A stretch of 46,672 bases of DNA from positions 1 to 46,672 of the IMG/VR virus record IMGVR_UViG_3300006046_000003. One strand, 5' to 3'. The notes under the pieces were generated by a model that saw only the letters and a list, made by a program, of their open reading frames with translations, was not told the origin of the DNA and searched no databases. Made by a program: the position numbers and the translations under genes. This document shows positions 42,330 through 46,672 of the stretch, in pieces. The DNA is from a virus (Duplodnaviria; Caudoviricetes). Positions within the stretch are counted from its first letter, which is position 1. Each line of letters starts with the position of its first letter.

Positions 42330-42503
42330 TTACTCGTCATCCTTCAGAGGATCATCGTCCGCATCATCTGTAGGATCGTCATCATCATCCTCATCATCTT
42401 CGTATTCTTCATCCTCATCCACTGCCGTGATATCCGGTTCGGGAATTGGATCAGCTTCTTCTTCGTCATCAGATGGCAGAACAGTTTCCATGAAATACTT
42501 CAT
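42330..42503 (-). CDS. extremely acidic 57-aa protein (not in ORF track)
   Basis: AGGAG RBS; MKYFMETVLPSDDEEEADPIPEPDITAVDEDEEYEDDEDDDDDPTDDADDDPLKDDE. Confidence 0.75.
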   Translation of the reverse strand: MKYFMETVLPSDDEEEADPIPEPDITAVDEDEEYEDDEDDDDDPTDDADDDPLKDDE

Positions 42504-42546
42504 CACACTCTCCTAGTTGGACTAACTAAGTGTAGTCACGACTCTT

Positions 42547-42586
42547 AGAAAATGAGGAGGCGTATCCCAATTTTCATGCCTCCCCA
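42547..42586 (-). terminator. possible terminator after the SSB gene
   Basis: TGGGGAGGC/GCCTCCTCA stem followed by TTTTCT on the minus strand. Confidence 0.5.
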
Positions 42587-42629
42587 GTGGATCACTCCCC
42601 CCAGAGTTATTGGGACCACGTATTACCTA

Positions 42630-43022
42630 CTACGAAGTGCGAACAGGGCGATACTTGTGATTCACCCTATTCACCATACGTCCCTGCCATTCGCCGTTTT
42701 CGACGAAGATTTCAACCTGACGACCTACTGCATTCGCCAAGTCAAATCTAGCTCCACTCTTGACGTCAACACCGAATGAGTTGAGGAATCCGACTGCGAA
42801 TCCGATCGCCTTGCTGTTGAAATTCCAGTCGAGTGGAACTCCCTTGAACTCTTCCGACCCCGTGTCGGCATTCTTGATGATCGTACCCTCCACAGGGTAA
42901 TTCGTAGAACCACCATCTTTCGATGGGCCTTCACCGATGTTGTCGATGTTGACAACGTACCATGCAGGCTCCACGACTTTCCCACGGAGCAGATCTCGAT
43001 CTGAGAATGTAACGATAGGCAT
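42630..43022 (-). CDS. phage single-stranded DNA-binding protein (DUF669-like)
   Basis: VEPAWYVVNI...SKDG...VGRQVEIFV...WQGRMVNRV; directly after the Sak4-like gene. Confidence 0.75.
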   Translation of the reverse strand: MPIVTFSDRDLLRGKVVEPAWYVVNIDNIGEGPSKDGGSTNYPVEGTIIKNADTGSEEFKGVPLDWNFNSKAIGFAVGFLNSFGVDVKSGARFDLANAVGRQVEIFVENGEWQGRMVNRVNHKYRPVRTS

Positions 43023-43063
43023 TGTAGTCTCCTAGTCTTACTGTTGGATGGTGTTCCGTGACA

Positions 43064-43876
43064 TCAGAATTTGGATGTTGGAACGTAGGTTGTCTTCAGT
43101 TTCGCGATTGCTGGTGTGATGTAGGTTTCGTAGAGAGGTTTGTCGCCGAATACAATCTCTCTGTCCAGTCCGAGTGCTGATCGTGCGAAATCATCACCAG
43201 TGTGTTCTGTCAGTAATGAGTAGTCACCTCCTTGACCTTCTATGAATCCCTTCTTAATGTTGAAGTGGTATACTTCACCGCAATAAGCTGGGATTTTCGG
43301 CGCAACCTTCTTACCAGCCGTGACAATCGTGCGGCTGACATGAGTTGTGTTATTTGTGGTGTTACGGTATTCGGCCTGAACCACGTGAGCAATAAGGATA
43401 ATGTTAACCTTATGGTAAGTGCCAATATCCTTCGTAAGCGCAATGAGTTCCTGTAATGCAGCCGACTCCGCATTGTAGTCCTCAATCTCATTGACTGCGA
43501 TACCTGCGATCAGTTTACCGGCTGCTGCTCCTGATTGGCGTGTCTGACCATACTTCGCCTTGACTGTCTGACGCAGTGTCATATCAGCCATCGATGTAAT
43601 GGAATCAAAAATCAGCGTCTTGTATGGACACTCTGTCTGGAACTTTTCCAGTTGTTTCCGAGGCTTGTTCCAGTCATCGTAATCTTCATACTTGATTGTC
43701 TTAGGATCTATTCCCCATTTCTTCATGGGCAGATAGATACCATTCATCTTACGATCCCACGAGAACCAGAATTGTGGTCCGGGGAATGAGAGAGCCTGAG
43801 TAGATTTGCGTGTACCCGGTTCTCCCTTCATCATCACGTACAGACTATCGAATCCGACGTCTTCCATCGATGGCAT
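43064..43876 (-). CDS. Sak4-like / AAA_24 ATPase (single-strand annealing recombinase)
   Basis: GEPGTRKST, TLIFDSIT and NIILIAH; lies between the exonuclease and SSB. Confidence 0.85.
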   Translation of the reverse strand: MPSMEDVGFDSLYVMMKGEPGTRKSTQALSFPGPQFWFSWDRKMNGIYLPMKKWGIDPKTIKYEDYDDWNKPRKQLEKFQTECPYKTLIFDSITSMADMTLRQTVKAKYGQTRQSGAAAGKLIAGIAVNEIEDYNAESAALQELIALTKDIGTYHKVNIILIAHVVQAEYRNTTNNTTHVSRTIVTAGKKVAPKIPAYCGEVYHFNIKKGFIEGQGGDYSLLTEHTGDDFARSALGLDREIVFGDKPLYETYITPAIAKLKTTYVPTSKF

Positions 43877-44159
43877 TGTCACTCTCCTTAGTAGGTGACT
43901 CTTGTTGTCTGAAAATCAGACCTCTCCTTTGAGCCTCTTTAATCAGAGTCTCGTATTGAATGGGCCACTGAGAGTAATACTCCAACATACCCTCAATCTT
44001 TCCATTGTTCACAGTCTCCTGATAGACTTCAAAGCACGCCTCAAACCGCCTGCGTTCAATGAAGTGAATAGTTGCCAAGAGATGAGAAGACGGCATCTTC
44101 TTAATCTCTATCTCTTGTCCTTCTCTTGTAATCCAAATGTCACACGCGATTATCGGCAT
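43845..44159 (-). CDS. conserved phage hypothetical protein
   Basis: WITREG.EI.I..M..SHL...I pattern. Confidence 0.7.
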   Translation of the reverse strand: MPIIACDIWITREGQEIEIKKMPSSHLLATIHFIERRRFEACFEVYQETVNNGKIEGMLEYYSQWPIQYETLIKEAQRRGLIFRQQESPTKESDNAIDGRRRIR

Positions 44160-44328
44160 CTTTCGGTACCTTCAATTCGTTCAGTTCACGTTTAATGATC
44201 GAATAGTTACTGATAGGAGAGTTCGATTCATTCGCGTGTAGACTAGCCGCGAGCTGAGCCTGTAACTCACTGTCCCACACTGATTCGATTGTGTTCCATG
44301 CACAGTGGATGACAATGAATATCTTCAT
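44140..44328 (-). CDS. hypothetical protein
   Basis: ORF track; TAATG coupling. Confidence 0.65.
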   Translation of the reverse strand: MKIFIVIHCAWNTIESVWDSELQAQLAASLHANESNSPISNYSIIKRELNELKVPKDADNRV

Positions 44329-44471
44329 TAGTTCACCTTAATTTCAGTAATTCGAGCATAGGCATCTGGATTAGCTTTGGACCACGCTTCAGCCTTAGCT
44401 CTAGTTGTAAACAATTTGATGGCATAATAACCCGAATCGCCATCAGTATGAAAATACATCCATACAGTCAT
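44328..44471 (-). CDS. hypothetical protein, 47 aa (not in ORF track)
   Basis: MTVWMYFHTDGDSGYYAIKLFTTRAKAEAWSKANPDAYARITEIKVN; TAATG coupling at both ends. Confidence 0.65.
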   Translation of the reverse strand: MTVWMYFHTDGDSGYYAIKLFTTRAKAEAWSKANPDAYARITEIKVN

Positions 44472-44653
44472 TAGTTCACCTTGTCACTCAGGACAGATGC
44501 ATCAGCAATCATGTATCCGATGATTGTTGGATCATCACATGATTCGGTGACTTCCTCTACGAGAACCTCTCCATTCTCCTCAGTAATGGCTACATATACA
44601 TCCATGTCCTGATTGAGTGTCTGAAGTAGTTGGATGAGTGCCTTGACCTTCAC
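44471..44653 (-). CDS. small acidic protein, paralog of 44650..44838
   Basis: MKVKALIQLLQTLNQDMDVYV. Confidence 0.7.
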   Translation of the reverse strand: MKVKALIQLLQTLNQDMDVYVAITEENGEVLVEEVTESCDDPTIIGYMIADASVLSDKVN

Positions 44654-44838
44654 TTTTCCACCAGTGTAATTTCAAGGAGGACAGTATTCTCAGGTGGCGC
44701 ATCTTCCGCATCACCATCGAATTCATCGAGATTAAATGGATAGCATCCATCTACAGCTGGATACGTATCATCATCCAATCTTACCTCTGCATCCTGATTA
44801 CAGTTTTGAAGCATCTCGATCAGTTGTCTTACCTTCAT
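44650..44838 (-). CDS. small acidic protein, paralog of 44471..44653
   Basis: MKVRQLIEMLQNCNQDAEVRL. Confidence 0.75.
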   Translation of the reverse strand: MKVRQLIEMLQNCNQDAEVRLDDDTYPAVDGCYPFNLDEFDGDAEDAPPENTVLLEITLVEK

Positions 44839-45056
44839 TTTCTCTCCTGTTTTGCATAGTTCTTTCTATGCTCGATAGCATCAAGTCTCAGTTGTTCAGC
44901 AAGTTCACCACGGAACTGAGTCATACGCATACCCATCGCCTTATTCATTACTTCGAGGGCGCATATTCCACAAATTGGCTTCGTAAATTTGCCATTAGCA
45001 TACATCTGATTCAAAAAATGATCAGGATAGTCAAACTTACAGTCGGCACATTTCAT
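44835..45056 (-). CDS. small Zn-binding protein
   Basis: CADC...CGIC; GAGGAGG RBS. Confidence 0.75.
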   Translation of the reverse strand: MKCADCKFDYPDHFLNQMYANGKFTKPICGICALEVMNKAMGMRMTQFRGELAEQLRLDAIEHRKNYAKQERK

Positions 45057-45236
45057 CTAGCCTCCTCGCTTACCAGCGTCCACTGGTTTCTTTCGCTGTT
45101 TGGACTTCTTCACTCGTCTGACTTCTGCGATGAGAGTGCGTGTATTCTCAATCCTTTCTTCTAGTTCGATGATATATTGATCCAACCGTTCTACAGTCCA
45201 AGTAGAGATGATGTAGAGGACTTCCTCGTTACTCAT
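45057..45236 (-). CDS. hypothetical protein with basic tail, 59 aa (not in ORF track)
   Basis: MSNEEVLYIISTWTVERLDQYIIELEERIENTRTLIAEVRRVKKSKQRKKPVDAGKRGG. Confidence 0.65.
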   Translation of the reverse strand: MSNEEVLYIISTWTVERLDQYIIELEERIENTRTLIAEVRRVKKSKQRKKPVDAGKRGG

Positions 45237-46192
45237 TCATCTTCCTTGTTAGTCGGATCCCACACAGGAGCCTTCGAGAAGTTAACTCGCAGTATTTCTT
45301 CTCTCATTCCTCTGTCAGCTTCACATACTTCCTTGTACTGACATGCGCCGTACAGATTGTCGCAGTGCGTGTAATCAGGAGGCCAATATCCTGACTCACT
45401 GTACTCGATGTACTTGTATGCAAGATAAGGAAGAGTCTCACCCTGCCATTCAAGTAATCTGTCTGCTGAGAATGATACGACTTCACGAGTCAATCTCTCA
45501 TCGATCTTCAATGTCTTCTGAAGACCAATCTTATTGACAATGACATTGCGTGACTTTAGCAACATACATTGACCCATGAATTGATTGGAGAGAGTAGACT
45601 TATCTCGACGTTGTTTGAACGTCTTATGATCCATCGATACGATACCGATTTGATTCGTATCGATGATCAGATCGAACTTCGCCTTCCACAAGACGCGTAT
45701 CTCATCATCCTCATACATTATCTCGCCCTTCACTTGCTCGGCGGATAGTGGAATGAATGCATCGTTCTTGTAGAATGCAAAGTATTGTTCGCACGTATCT
45801 AATGCGAACTTCCATCCCGTGGTATAACCTTCACTCACTTCGGGCGTGTTAGTCACACCGGGATATTCATCTGGTTCATGTCCACACTTAGGCTTCTCAC
45901 CAGTTTCTGATATGTAGCCCGCACAGTGGGGACAACCAGTGACATACATCTGACCAGCAATCAGTGCATTACCGATAGCCGTTGATGTAGGAAAGCCATC
46001 GATCTTATGTTTGTAGTAGATTTCAAGGACTTTATGAATCAGTGAGCCTACCTCAAGAGAGTTAGATTTACCCTTCATTGAAACGAGCCGATGATTGAAT
46101 CTGAGGTCATGGAATCTACCACAACTCATCAGACTACTGGCTATCGTCGCATCGAAGATAACATTTTTCTTCGGCGCTGGTATTACGTCCAT
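45233..46192 (-). CDS. PD-(D/E)XK exonuclease (Cas4/AddB-like, Fe-S cysteines)
   Basis: SLMSCGR, GSLIHKVLE, AKFDLI, MDHKT, NQFMGQ and C-terminal C...C...C. Confidence 0.88.
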   Translation of the reverse strand: MDVIPAPKKNVIFDATIASSLMSCGRFHDLRFNHRLVSMKGKSNSLEVGSLIHKVLEIYYKHKIDGFPTSTAIGNALIAGQMYVTGCPHCAGYISETGEKPKCGHEPDEYPGVTNTPEVSEGYTTGWKFALDTCEQYFAFYKNDAFIPLSAEQVKGEIMYEDDEIRVLWKAKFDLIIDTNQIGIVSMDHKTFKQRRDKSTLSNQFMGQCMLLKSRNVIVNKIGLQKTLKIDERLTREVVSFSADRLLEWQGETLPYLAYKYIEYSESGYWPPDYTHCDNLYGACQYKEVCEADRGMREEILRVNFSKAPVWDPTNKEDE

Positions 46193-46410
46193 CAGTTGAT
46201 ACCTCTGAAGTTGCCCTGCGCGACAATGACAATGAGTCTAAGAAACAATGTCTTGATGGTTTCCTGTAACTCCTCATAACCTTCGACATCATTATCAGGA
46301 GACAGATGTATAGTAAATCCATCAGCCTCATGAACGAACTTCTCGAAGTCTCGTTTGATGATGACGATCTCATCTTTGTCTACGCCGATCTCGATGTGAT
46401 AGTGGCTCAT
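46192..46410 (-). CDS. hypothetical protein
   Basis: ORF track, start moved to ATG 46410 (ATGA coupling). Confidence 0.65.
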   Translation of the reverse strand: MSHYHIEIGVDKDEIVIIKRDFEKFVHEADGFTIHLSPDNDVEGYEELQETIKTLFLRLIVIVAQGNFRGIN

Positions 46411-46481
46411 TTCTTCCACTTATTCTGGGTACCGACCCAATAGCAGTACCAACACATGAATGCAAGCGCGAGGAATTTCAT
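46407..46481 (-). CDS. possible 24-aa membrane peptide
   Basis: MKFLALAFMCWYCYWVGTQNKWKK; TAATG and ATGA overlaps fill the gap exactly. Confidence 0.4.
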   Translation of the reverse strand: MKFLALAFMCWYCYWVGTQNKWKK

Positions 46482-46632
46482 TACGCCACTTCCTGCTTCC
46501 TCTTAGCTGCGCGTCGGAGAGCCTTATGTTTGAATGTGGAGAATTTCACCACATTGTCCTTCTTGTTATGCACCCACCACTTGATGATGCTATAGCCGTG
46601 CGCGTCAATGATGCACATCGCTACGAACAGAC
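46481..46632 (-). CDS. 3' part of the junction-spanning alpha-CTD-like protein
   Basis: In-frame continuation of the ORF starting at 250. Confidence 0.8.
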
Positions 46633-46672
46633 ATGACTGACCTATGCCTTTTGAGCGAGCCAGTGAAAGAGG
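46633..46672. repeat. copy of bases 1-40
   Basis: Exact match. Confidence 0.95.

Noticed and set aside
42503-42632. Read-through fusing SSB to the acidic peptide
   Set aside because: There are two consecutive TAG stops and an intervening terminator-like hairpin, and the peptide has its own RBS.
45233-46192. Cas4 as part of a CRISPR-Cas system
   Set aside because: No cas1/cas2 or array is present; the Sak4-SSB context indicates a recombination exonuclease.

Overview
This is an apparently complete, circularly assembled dsDNA tailed-phage genome of 46,632 unique bp. Bases 1-40 repeat at 46633-46672, and an ORF reads through the junction. The layout is podovirus-like, with two arms diverging from a control region at about 5.2-7.7 kb. 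The + arm (7.7-37 kb) holds terminase, portal, scaffold, major capsid, tail/adaptor, two fibres and ejection proteins. One ejection protein is 1844 aa and carries a GHKL ATPase and an HExxH motif. The - arm holds a PD-(D/E)XK nuclease, Sak4-like ATPase, SSB, UDG-fused family A DNA polymerase, DUF3987-like NTPase, two cold-shock-domain proteins, a SprT-SNF2 fusion and tRNA-Leu(UAA). I recognised no integrase, primase, RNA polymerase, ParA/ParB or classical lysis cassette. The most striking signals are: a perfect chromosomal-type parS site between two divergent paralogous genes bounded by GCGCACAG repeats, next to a palindromic origin-like element; two independent ATPase plus HExxH-protease fusions; a PolA with a non-canonical O-helix; an Acb2/Tad1-like protein; an alpha-CTD-like protein; and genome-wide motif biases. 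All calls are by eye from motifs and synteny. No database searches were run.
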